Positions 1 to 7,709 of a stretch of DNA of 44,200 nucleotides are shown in pieces; position 1 is the first letter of the stretch; the number at the start of each line of letters is the position of its first letter. The notes under the pieces were generated by a model. It saw nothing but the letters and a program-made list of their open reading frames with translations, was not told the origin of the DNA and made no database searches. The stretch is from a virus. The stretch is from positions 1-44,200 of the IMG/VR virus record IMGVR_UViG_3300045988_113957; one strand, 5' to 3'. The position numbers were made by a program, and so were the translations under genes.

Positions 1-55
1 AAAAAAATGTTTCCCGTGAAACATTATGACGGTATTACATACTGTAAAATGTTTG
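1..55. repeat. 55-bp terminal direct repeat identical to 44146..44200 (circular-assembly overlap or short terminal redundancy)
   Basis: Bases 1-55 (aaaaaaatgtttcccgtgaaacattatgacggtattacatactgtaaaatgtttg) are repeated exactly as the last 55 bases of the window. Confidence 0.95.
7..24. repeat. Perfect inverted repeat ATGTTTC-ccgt-GAAACAT
   Basis: 7-bp arms with a 4-nt spacer; a near copy TGTTTC-acga-GAAACA lies at 44005..44020. Confidence 0.8.
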
Positions 56-275
56 TCAAGGGTTACTGAATGCCAAAATTTAAAGTTATAATAACAATGT
101 GATATAACCGTAAAAACACGCTTGCATTATAGCCTTAAACGCGCATAACAGGCAATGCAACAGCAGAACAATGAACATGTGCAGGTGTACAGCCGAATAA
201 TCAGCGGCAATATAGGCAACGCAAGCGGCTTGAATGCAGTGTTGCTATAGCCTTCAAGCGGAGCGGAATCGGGCT

Positions 276-288
276 ATTCCGCCATGAT
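276..288. repeat. 13-bp direct repeat ATTCCGCCATGAT, left copy (right copy 2766..2778)
   Basis: Exact 13-mer on both sides of the minus-strand cassette; the left copy also pairs with GCGGAAT at 263-269 to form a hairpin. Confidence 0.85.
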
Positions 289-325
289 ATTATACAGAAA
301 AAGCATAGTATAATACAGCGGAGTA

Positions 326-358
326 TAAAAAGCCCGCCGGAACATTGCATTCCGACGG
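326..358 (-). terminator. Rho-independent terminator closing the minus-strand cassette
   Basis: Minus-strand reading: CCGTCGGAA-tgcaatg-TTCCGGCGG (9-bp stem, one G-U) followed by GCTTTTTA, 20 nt after the stop at 378. Confidence 0.7.
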
Positions 359-377
359 TTGAAACGCTTATTAAGCT

Positions 378-800
378 TTACCTGCCGCTGTCGGCTTCCG
401 CTTGCCCCGCTAATCTCCGTATCGTGTTAAAAATGTACTCCCGATTGAGTCGCTTTGAACTGCGAATGTGCTGCATTAATGCTTGCAGTTCCTCCGCTAT
501 TTCAAACAGGCTATTTGACATCTCTTCATAGTCCGTTTCGTATGACAGTTTTTCCCGCTCCATTGTCTCTTCCATCTCCCAACGATTCCGAACCCACAAG
601 TCGAAAAAACTTGCCAGTGTTTCGTCGCCGCTTGCGTGCAGTGCTTCCGAAAAAAGCGTTTCAGCCGAAACAGAACGCGCCGCCAACGCCCGAACAATTG
701 AAGGGGCTTCGTAAAAGTATGTCAAAATGTTATCATGGTACGGGATTTTTGAAATTTCGTTTTCGTGTTCATCGCGCATATCCCAATAGCTTTTAATCAT
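378..800 (-). CDS. Hypothetical helical acidic protein (140 aa), last gene of the antisense cassette
   Basis: The ORF-track frame 378..818 begins at TTG; the internal ATG at 800 is preceded by acAGGAGGAcaaaaaATG; no family recognised. Confidence 0.6.
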   Translation of the reverse strand: MIKSYWDMRDEHENEISKIPYHDNILTYFYEAPSIVRALAARSVSAETLFSEALHASGDETLASFFDLWVRNRWEMEETMEREKLSYETDYEEMSNSLFEIAEELQALMQHIRSSKRLNREYIFNTIRRLAGQAEADSGR

Positions 801-814
801 TTTTTGTCCTCCTG

Positions 815-1183
815 TCAAAAATTAATTTCACGGTCGAGCATGTATTGTATCTCGTCATTCCCGAGAGCATTCTCACTCGACAGGATATAGTCCGCAATGT
901 CTTCAACCGAAATCGGCATGTCAATTATATAATCCGCGGACTGAAGATTGTAACTGTTGTCAAACCAGAAATAATCGTTCTGTGGGTTGAAATGCCCGTA
1001 AAAGGCTCGGCTAAGAATCCAGCGCGGCTTTGAGCACGCAAAAATTTCATCCAAATCATACATGCTGAAAATGTGTTCATCTTCATAGTCCGCCGCTTCA
1101 CAATAGTCGTTGTGCAATGCAACGATTTCGCAGGTGTCCAGGCTGTTGATATAATCAACGAGTTTCTTTTTCATTTCGTTCAT
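815..1183 (-). CDS. Strongly acidic small protein, paralog B of 1968..2342
   Basis: 122 aa with 25 D/E against 7 K/R; RBS GGAGAAGGAG; shares N-terminal MNEMKKKLVDYIN and C-terminal DIA-YILS-E--LGND motifs with 1968..2342. Confidence 0.7.
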   Translation of the reverse strand: MNEMKKKLVDYINSLDTCEIVALHNDYCEAADYEDEHIFSMYDLDEIFACSKPRWILSRAFYGHFNPQNDYFWFDNSYNLQSADYIIDMPISVEDIADYILSSENALGNDEIQYMLDREINF

Positions 1184-1306
1184 TTCTTACTCCTTCTCCC
1201 CGTATAGCCAGATAGGACAGCTTGAAATTTATTTTTTAATCAGCAACGGTAACGCTAAGATTACCAGGACGAAAAGAACAAATGTCATTCTGTCACTCGC
1301 CCCGCT

Positions 1307-1975
1307 TCAATGAAAAATGTCCCTGCTGTCGACGAACCCGAAAACGTTTTCGTCGTCCTTGTACACCGGGACCCCCGCGGGAGCCTTAACGCTTTCCCAG
1401 CTTCCGCCGTTTACGGACAACCTGTAAAATCTCCCGTCGTCGCATATGTATGCATACTTCCGCGCCGTGTACAAAAGTTCAGCAGTGCGGATTTTTTCCG
1501 CCAGCTCCGCCGAAATCCTTGCGGAGCATTCTTCCGCCGCTGCGGGCTTCCATGCTTTCCGCCATGCCGCACCAAGTGCAGCTTCCGCAAACCGCCGACA
1601 ACTTTTTTTGCAAAGCTCGTCAATTTTGGCGGCGACATCTTCCGACAAATTCCCGGCTTCCGCCATGCCGAAACCTGACATAATCTCGGCTTTTGTCGGC
1701 AGCTGCACGGCAGCCCACAACATAATTCCAGTTCCGCTCGGGGTTATATGCGCTTCAACCTCCGCGTTTATGCTCGCGCGAATTTCGCCAGGACGGAGCA
1801 AAAAATTAACAAGATATTTTTTCGTTTCGTTGACCTCTGCATAGTCAAACAGCGCACGCACGTCCGAAGCCGCCAAACTCCAGCCGCCTTCGTAACAAAG
1901 AAAACGCATGTTTCTGTCCTCGCTGTCGAGCTCAGATTCTTTCAAGTTGATTTTTCCAAGCAATGTTTTACTCAT
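1307..1975 (-). CDS. Hypothetical protein (222 aa)
   Basis: The ATG at 1975 overlaps the stop of the upstream gene (ATGAGTAA). The first 48 codons of the ORF-track frame overlap 1968..2342 and were dropped. C-terminal YAY-x4-G-x-FYR motif. Confidence 0.6.
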   Translation of the reverse strand: MSKTLLGKINLKESELDSEDRNMRFLCYEGGWSLAASDVRALFDYAEVNETKKYLVNFLLRPGEIRASINAEVEAHITPSGTGIMLWAAVQLPTKAEIMSGFGMAEAGNLSEDVAAKIDELCKKSCRRFAEAALGAAWRKAWKPAAAEECSARISAELAEKIRTAELLYTARKYAYICDDGRFYRLSVNGGSWESVKAPAGVPVYKDDENVFGFVDSRDIFH

Positions 1976-2342
1976 TGTCTTCGCCCTCCTTCTCATCGAG
2001 TATCTTTTGAACTTTGTCGTTTCCCAGACTATCTTCCTCCGACAGGATATAGTTTGCAATGTCGCTTTCAAAAATCGGCAATTCCCACGCGCCGTATGAG
2101 TCGAGGTTGCCGTATCCATTGACTTGCCAGAAGTCTTTCATGAAGTCAAAGTCGCCAAACCGAATCATGCGCACGAGCTCCCACTTGTCTACACCGTCGA
2201 GGACTTCTTCCAACTCTTCCATGTTGTAGATGTAGTCGTCCATGCAGTTAGCGGCATCGCAATAAGCATTATGCAATGCAATTTTTTCGTCGGTATCCAT
2301 GCCGTTGATATAGTCAACGAGTTTCTTTTTCATTTCGTTCAT
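1968..2342 (-). CDS. Strongly acidic small protein, paralog A of 815..1183
   Basis: 124 aa from MNEMKKK, with about 32 D/E against 11 K/R; ATGA overlap with the upstream gene at 2339-2342. Confidence 0.7.
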   Translation of the reverse strand: MNEMKKKLVDYINGMDTDEKIALHNAYCDAANCMDDYIYNMEELEEVLDGVDKWELVRMIRFGDFDFMKDFWQVNGYGNLDSYGAWELPIFESDIANYILSEEDSLGNDKVQKILDEKEGEDNE

Positions 2343-2524
2343 TTTGTTGTTCCTCCATTCGAGACTTCCACCGCGTCCCACTCAACAATGCCACGCCCGG
2401 AAGCAGCCTTCCAGACCGGTTGACGGTAAAAACCGCCGTGCCGGTAGGCATACCGATAATTTGAGGTATAGTAAACCCCTTGCTTTTCAATCTTCTTTGC
2501 AAGCTTTGCGGATATTTTTGTCAT
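2339..2524 (-). CDS. Small basic protein (61 aa; 76 aa if the leaderless ATG at 2569 is used)
   Basis: TIR GAAGGGAAAATAAAAATG; an in-frame ATG at 2569 lies exactly 6 nt after the -10 box; carries the YAY-x2-GGFYR motif also seen in 1307..1975. Confidence 0.55.
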   Translation of the reverse strand: MTKISAKLAKKIEKQGVYYTSNYRYAYRHGGFYRQPVWKAASGRGIVEWDAVEVSNGGTTK

Positions 2525-2575
2525 TTTTATTTTCCCTTCTGGTTTTCGGGTTTTCCTTCCCTTTTTCATGCCTTT

Positions 2576-2604
2576 ATTATACTCTTTTCGCGTGCATATG
2601 TCAA
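2576..2604 (-). promoter_or_regulatory. Consensus sigma70/sigmaA promoter of the antisense cassette
   Basis: Minus-strand TTGACA (2604-2599), 17 nt, TATAAT (2581-2576). Confidence 0.75.
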
Positions 2605-2753
2605 CCCTTTTTTGCTGAAAAACAAAGTATATTTTACTGGTGCAGCTTGATATTCGCAGGGCTTGCGATAGGTTGTATATCATAGCCTATGTTACAATGC
2701 CCGATATAATTATGATACTGCATTTCATCGTATGCCGTCTGGATACTTGCCTT

Positions 2754-3054
2754 GCTATGCTTTACATTCCGCCATGATTATTTATTGTATGAGTACATCA
2801 ACGCTTGTTTTACGCTGCTTTCGCTTCCCTGCTTTGCTGTCGTTCCGCCATGTACTATGTAAAATATTAATAGCGTAACATTGCTATGCGGTATTATGCA
2901 GTGTATTCCGCTTGCCTTGCTTGCGTATGCTATACTATGCAATATTATAATTGCTGTTTATTTGCTGCTGCTATTGCATTATGTGCGGGCTATTGCGTGC
3001 ATATTGCTATTGCTATGTGGTTGTTTATTGTGTGTGTTGTCGGTATTGTGCTAT
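2754..3054. repeat. Degenerate TGCTAT / CTATTGC short-repeat array in the non-coding DNA upstream of terL
   Basis: TGCTAT at 2754, 2882, 2928, 2969, 3005, 3011 and 3049; CTATTGC at 2971, 2990 and 3007; no convincing ORF. Confidence 0.7.
2766..2778. repeat. 13-bp direct repeat ATTCCGCCATGAT, right copy
   Basis: Identical to 276..288; a degenerate third copy GTTCCGCCATGTA lies at 2843-2855. Confidence 0.85.
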
Positions 3055-3259
3055 GAAATAATGACAGAGAGTAAGCCCCACGGTGGGGGATATGCGGTAT
3101 GAGTGCAGGAACAACTTTACCCCTCCGACCACATTTCAACAAAAAGACCCTTTCGCCAAAAGAACCACGAAAAGAACCAAAGAACCACCAACAGAACCAA
3201 AAGCCTTTCCGCAAACACTGTTTCATGATATAATAAATACATACCATAGGAGGCACAGT

Positions 3260-4936
3260 ATGGACATAGCAAAACTAATATTCGAACGCATAGAAGAAGA
3301 CCCGACTAATGCTGAGGCATGTAACGATTTAATCGACTGGTGCATTGCAGAAGCCGCCGCAAAGCCGAAAAAGACGCATTATTACAGTGCTGAGCTTCGG
3401 AAAGTTCTTTCAAAGCAACTGCGCAATAAGTGTGAAGGTGACGTTGAGCAATTATTCAACGCATACAGACGGAGCTTGTTATTTGATGCTCCTAATTCAT
3501 TTGACGCATATTTGCTGTATTTAGAGATAGACAGACCGCCAGCCGAACGATTCTATCAACCTCGCAGGAAACGCCTCAAAGAGGTTGTAGACGCATTACA
3601 GGCACTCACAGACAATGAGCTTGATGAACTGTTTATCAGTATGCCGCCTCGTGTGGGCAAGAGTACAATACTTTTGTTTTACGTTACTTGGCTGATTGGC
3701 AGGAATGATGAACGTTCGAATTTGTACAGTGCGTATTCGAGCACGATAACGCAAGCGTTTTACAACGGCATATTGGAGGTACTCACCGACCCTATCACAT
3801 ACAGATGGTCTGACGTATTCCCGAATGAGCGGATAGCGAAAACGAATGCGCAGGAAACGACAATTGATTTAGGGCGAAAGAAGCGTTATGCCAGCCTTAC
3901 ATGCAGGTCATTGTACGGAACTCTTAACGGTGCGTGTGACTGCAACGGCGTTGTTATATCAGATGACCTTATCGGCGGCATCGAGGAAGCGTTAAACCGT
4001 GACAGGCTTGTTTCTGCATGGAGCAAAGTCGATAACAATTTGTTACCGAGAGCGAAAGAAACGGCGAAAGTGTTGTGGTGCGGTACACGTTGGAGCATGA
4101 TTGACCCTGCGGGTCTTAGGATGGAGCTGTTGATGAACAGCGACCAGTACAAAAAGCGGCGGTTTAAAATAATCAACATTCCTGCACTCGATGAGAACGA
4201 TGAATCCAACTTCTATTACGACTACGATGTGGGATTCAGTACGGAGTATTACCGCCAGAGACGTGCATCATTCGAACGAAACAACGATATGGCATCATGG
4301 GTTGCGCAGTACATGGGCGAACCTATAGAGCGTGAAGGCACGGTATTCAATCCTGAGGATATGCGGTACTACAACGGTGAACTTCCGGAAGGCGAGCCTG
4401 ATAGGGTGTTTCTTGCGTGCGACCCGTCATTCGGCGGCGGGGACTATTGTGCAGCTCCTGTGTGCTACCAGTACGGTGAAGACATTTACGTTCACGATGT
4501 TGTTTACGACAACGGCGATAAGCGCATAACCCAACCCCTTCTTGCAAGAGCAATAATCGACAACAACGTGAGGACGGCGCAATTTGAAGCCACAAAGGCT
4601 ACTGAGACGTACAGAGACGGCGTACAAGAGCTTTTAAAGCAAAAGGGGTACAGAATATCGATAACGACAAAAGCCGCTCCTACACGCACTACAAACGGCG
4701 TGAGCGCAATGAAGGAACAGCGCATACTCGATAAAGCCCCCGAAATCCGTGAACGGATGATATTCCGTGAAGAGGGGAAACGGACAAAAGCATATTCGTT
4801 GTTCATGCAGAATGTGTTCTCGTTCAAGTTTTTGGGCAAGAACAAGCATGATGACGCTCCCGACAGCCTTGTTATGGCAATGAACATGGTAACAGGCAGA
4901 CGGCAGAGGGCTGATATATTCCAGCGTCCGTTCTAA
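3260..4936 (+). CDS. terL: Terminase large subunit
   Basis: RBS ataGGAGGcacagtATG; Walker A-like PPRVGKST; Walker B VVISDDL; C-terminal nuclease-type acidic segment FLACDPSFGGGDY. The 5' extension 3083..3259 has no RBS. Confidence 0.85.
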   Translation: MDIAKLIFERIEEDPTNAEACNDLIDWCIAEAAAKPKKTHYYSAELRKVLSKQLRNKCEGDVEQLFNAYRRSLLFDAPNSFDAYLLYLEIDRPPAERFYQPRRKRLKEVVDALQALTDNELDELFISMPPRVGKSTILLFYVTWLIGRNDERSNLYSAYSSTITQAFYNGILEVLTDPITYRWSDVFPNERIAKTNAQETTIDLGRKKRYASLTCRSLYGTLNGACDCNGVVISDDLIGGIEEALNRDRLVSAWSKVDNNLLPRAKETAKVLWCGTRWSMIDPAGLRMELLMNSDQYKKRRFKIINIPALDENDESNFYYDYDVGFSTEYYRQRRASFERNNDMASWVAQYMGEPIEREGTVFNPEDMRYYNGELPEGEPDRVFLACDPSFGGGDYCAAPVCYQYGEDIYVHDVVYDNGDKRITQPLLARAIIDNNVRTAQFEATKATETYRDGVQELLKQKGYRISITTKAAPTRTTNGVSAMKEQRILDKAPEIRERMIFREEGKRTKAYSLFMQNVFSFKFLGKNKHDDAPDSLVMAMNMVTGRRQRADIFQRPF

Positions 4937-4947
4937 ATTACAAACTC

Positions 4948-4976
4948 TTGACAAACATTTTAGAATGTGTTATGAT
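4948..4976 (+). promoter_or_regulatory. sigmaA-type promoter upstream of the portal gene
   Basis: TTGACA, 17 nt, TATGAT, with an extended -10 TGt. Confidence 0.6.
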
Positions 4977-5008
4977 ATAATAGAGTATATAGAAACGGCG
5001 GTGAATAA

Positions 5009-6454
5009 ATGGGCGTTCCAAAATACAGACTGAATTATTACGGCAGAGAGCCTATTTACACGGACGAAACTGCCGTTACTGCTGAAAACTTGCTTGATGT
5101 TTTGCAGAAAGCTTTCAAGGTGCATACCCTCAACCGTTCGGATATTGACTATTTGTATAATTACTATAAGGGCAAACAGCCGATTCTCGAACGCACAAAG
5201 GAGTTTCGCAAAGACATATGCAATGTTGTTGTAGAAAACCACGCAAATGAGATAGTATCGTTTAAGACAGGCTATCTTATGAGCAATGCAATACAGTACG
5301 TTTCAAGAGACAGCGATGTGCGTAACGTTGATGCTGTTGATGCGTTGAACAAGTACATGCAGGCGGCTTCAAAGGCTTCGTGCGACAGAGTGCTTGCCGA
5401 ATGGTTTGCGATATGTGGTGTTGCTTACAGAATCGTACTCAAGCGTGACGATGCAGAGGGCGGTGACGTGAACCCTATTATGGCATACAACCTTGACCCC
5501 AGAAACACGTTTGTGGTGTATTCAAGCGGCATTGGGCATGAGCCTATGCTCGGCGTTTCATACGTCCAACATGATGACGGCTCGGTTATTCTGTCTTGCT
5601 ACACGAAAACGGAATATTTCAAGGTCGGCTATCCCGCTACTGTCGGATTGAACGGCATGGGCGCAATACAGGAGCATACCGAACACATTCTCGGTGACAT
5701 TCCGATAATCGAATACCTACAGAACCCTGCAAGGCTCGGCGCATTTGAAACCGTCTTGACGCAGCTTGACGCACTGAACATTATTTCATCGAACCGTCTT
5801 GACGGTGTAGAGCAGTTTATACAGTCCATCCTTGTTACCAAAGGCATTGACCTAATCGATGACAGCGGCGAGAAGATTGACCTTTATGCGCAATTGCGTG
5901 AAATGCTCGGACTGAACCTTCCTGCCGACGGTGACGCAAAGTATTTGACGCAGGAACTTAACCAGACGCAAACACAAACGCTTGTTGATTATCTTTATCA
6001 GTCCGTGCTTGTTGCTTGCGGTATGCCGAACAGGAACGGCGGCTCAAGTACCTCCGACACTGGCACTGCCGTTACCATGCGTGACGGTTGGGCTGATGCG
6101 GAAGCAAGGGCAAAGGACACCGAACAGATGTTTGAGCCTTCAGAGCGGCGTTTTCTCGGCATTGTCTTGCGGATACTTGATGCAACACGGCACATAACGC
6201 TTGTCAATGACGATATTGCTATCGTATTCACACGCCGTAATTACGAAAACATGCAGAATAAGGTGCAGGTGTTCGCAACGCTCAGAGCGATTGAAAGCTT
6301 CCCGCCTTTGCTTGCATACGAAATCAGCGGCATTACTCCAGACCCGACAAGAGGCTGGCTTATGGAGCAGGAATATGCGGCTTCACAGGAACGCAAAAAG
6401 CTTGAGGCATACAAGGCAATGAACACGATTGACCTGCACGGAGGCAATGAATGA
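5009..6454 (+). CDS. Portal protein (SPP1 gp6-like)
   Basis: 481 aa immediately after terL; N-terminal region DIDYLYNYYKGKQPIL...VVENHANEIVSFKTGY is typical of gp6-type portals. Confidence 0.8.
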   Translation: MGVPKYRLNYYGREPIYTDETAVTAENLLDVLQKAFKVHTLNRSDIDYLYNYYKGKQPILERTKEFRKDICNVVVENHANEIVSFKTGYLMSNAIQYVSRDSDVRNVDAVDALNKYMQAASKASCDRVLAEWFAICGVAYRIVLKRDDAEGGDVNPIMAYNLDPRNTFVVYSSGIGHEPMLGVSYVQHDDGSVILSCYTKTEYFKVGYPATVGLNGMGAIQEHTEHILGDIPIIEYLQNPARLGAFETVLTQLDALNIISSNRLDGVEQFIQSILVTKGIDLIDDSGEKIDLYAQLREMLGLNLPADGDAKYLTQELNQTQTQTLVDYLYQSVLVACGMPNRNGGSSTSDTGTAVTMRDGWADAEARAKDTEQMFEPSERRFLGIVLRILDATRHITLVNDDIAIVFTRRNYENMQNKVQVFATLRAIESFPPLLAYEISGITPDPTRGWLMEQEYAASQERKKLEAYKAMNTIDLHGGNE

Positions 6455-7053
6455 CGGATTATTTTGACATTGTAGATGATGCAATTGATTCGTTGAAGGC
6501 GCAAGTCGCTATCCTGTACTATGATTTGCGCAAGAATGTGGCAAAATTCGATTCAGTCAACGTTATCGGCAACATGAACACGCTGAAACAGCGGATTTTG
6601 CAGTTGTCCGTTGATGCGTTCTCCGTTATGGCAACAAAGCTCCATGCCGAATTGTCCGAAAATACGCTTTCGGAAGCCCCTACACGCTCATGGGTGCGTG
6701 AACGCATGTATGACTACTGCCGAACCACAAAGTACGTTATAGCGCATGAGATTGAACGCAAGTGCGACAGGGCGGCGGAGGCGGTTATATGCTCAAACAA
6801 GCCCAAAGACGAATTGGACAATGCGCTTAGGCTTATGCTGCTTACCCTGCTTGCGGCTGGCGAATACATAACCTATGAGGTTGTTTTGAAAACATTCAAG
6901 GACGACGGTGCTGAAAAGGTGCGTTGGGTTGCCGAAAAAACCATTCGCACATGCGACACCTGCCTTGATAGAGACGGCGAAATTTACCCGATAGACAGCG
7001 TTCCGCCGCCCCCACATGTTAACTGTCGTTGTATACTCGAACGAGTATATTGA
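6451..7053 (+). CDS. Head morphogenesis protein (Mu F / SPP1 gp7 family)
   Basis: ATGA overlap with the portal gene; C-terminal CDTCLDRDGEIYPIDSVPPPPHVNCRC motif. Confidence 0.75.
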   Translation: MTDYFDIVDDAIDSLKAQVAILYYDLRKNVAKFDSVNVIGNMNTLKQRILQLSVDAFSVMATKLHAELSENTLSEAPTRSWVRERMYDYCRTTKYVIAHEIERKCDRAAEAVICSNKPKDELDNALRLMLLTLLAAGEYITYEVVLKTFKDDGAEKVRWVAEKTIRTCDTCLDRDGEIYPIDSVPPPPHVNCRCILERVY

Positions 7054-7067
7054 CGGTTTTGCATATA

Positions 7068-7110
7068 TCAGAGAGAACTGTAAACACACTACTCAGAGAG
7101 AACTGTAAAC
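7068..7110. repeat. Two exact 18-bp direct repeats TCAGAGAGAACTGTAAAC (7068-7085, 7093-7110)
   Basis: Perfect copies 25 bp apart in the 72-bp gap before the scaffold gene. Confidence 0.9.
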
Positions 7111-7125
7111 GCGAAAGGATTTATT

Positions 7126-7698
7126 ATGGCAAAGATTGATACTGCAAAGATTGATGGATATGCCGATATGACGGCGGAAGAAAAACTTGCCGCTCTTGAA
7201 GGCTACGATATTCCCGAACCCGATATGAAAGGGTTTGTGACAAAAGCTCAGTTTGACAAAACCGCTTCGGAGCTTGCGTCATGGAAGAAGAAACATAACG
7301 CACTTGCGGCGCAGGGCGAAAACGTACAGAATGCGCAGAATGAAGAGATTGAGATGCTGAAGCAAACGGTTGCGGCACTTCAAAAAAATGAACAGATTAA
7401 TGCGCAGACTGTACAGCTTACGGCACTCGGCTATGATGCCGAACTTGCTAAAGCGACTGCAACGGCAATGGTTGACGGTGATTTTGCAACCGTCATGCTG
7501 AATCAGCAGAAATTTATCACCGAACATGATAAGTCCTACAAGGCACAGCTGATGGGCGGCACACCTAAACCCGTGGGCGGCACTGTCGGCGGCAGCGCAA
7601 TTGATTATACAAAGCTTATTGCGGACGCAAATGCACGAGGCGATTTTACCGCCGTTGCATATTACACCCGCCTGCAAGGGCAAAACAAAACGAATTAG
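7126..7698 (+). CDS. Scaffolding protein
   Basis: 190 aa, helical, A/E/K/Q-rich, located between the gp7-like and capsid genes. Confidence 0.65.
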   Translation: MAKIDTAKIDGYADMTAEEKLAALEGYDIPEPDMKGFVTKAQFDKTASELASWKKKHNALAAQGENVQNAQNEEIEMLKQTVAALQKNEQINAQTVQLTALGYDAELAKATATAMVDGDFATVMLNQQKFITEHDKSYKAQLMGGTPKPVGGTVGGSAIDYTKLIADANARGDFTAVAYYTRLQGQNKTN

Positions 7699-7709
7699 GA
7701 GTTTGAACA

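Noticed and set aside
1-55. The 55-bp end repeat considered as biological direct terminal repeats (a T7-like DTR)
   Set aside because: It is too short, and its length equals a common assembler k-mer. The packaging genes are SPP1-like (headful). It is more likely a circularisation overlap, but this cannot be proven from sequence alone.
56-377. Search for tRNA or tmRNA-like genes in the non-coding regions (also 2684-3259, 23531-23883, 43974-44145)
   Set aside because: No cloverleaf with a GTTCRANYC T-arm or matching acceptor stems could be drawn by eye. tRNAscan-SE/ARAGORN should confirm.
2881-3102. 73-aa Leu/Cys/Ile-rich ORF on the + strand upstream of terL
   Set aside because: It starts at TTG with no RBS. 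Its composition is a direct translation of the TGCTAT/TTGC repeat array, and it runs into the rejected terL 5' extension. Treated as non-coding repeat DNA.
3083-3259. 59-codon N-terminal extension of the terL ORF
   Set aside because: It has no RBS and a low-complexity Pro/Thr/Lys sequence. A strong GGAGG RBS precedes the ATG at 3260, where terminase-like sequence begins.
7050-7078. TTGACG at 7050 as a promoter for the scaffold and capsid genes
   Set aside because: No acceptable -10 hexamer lies 16-19 nt downstream (GAGAAC at the 17-nt position).
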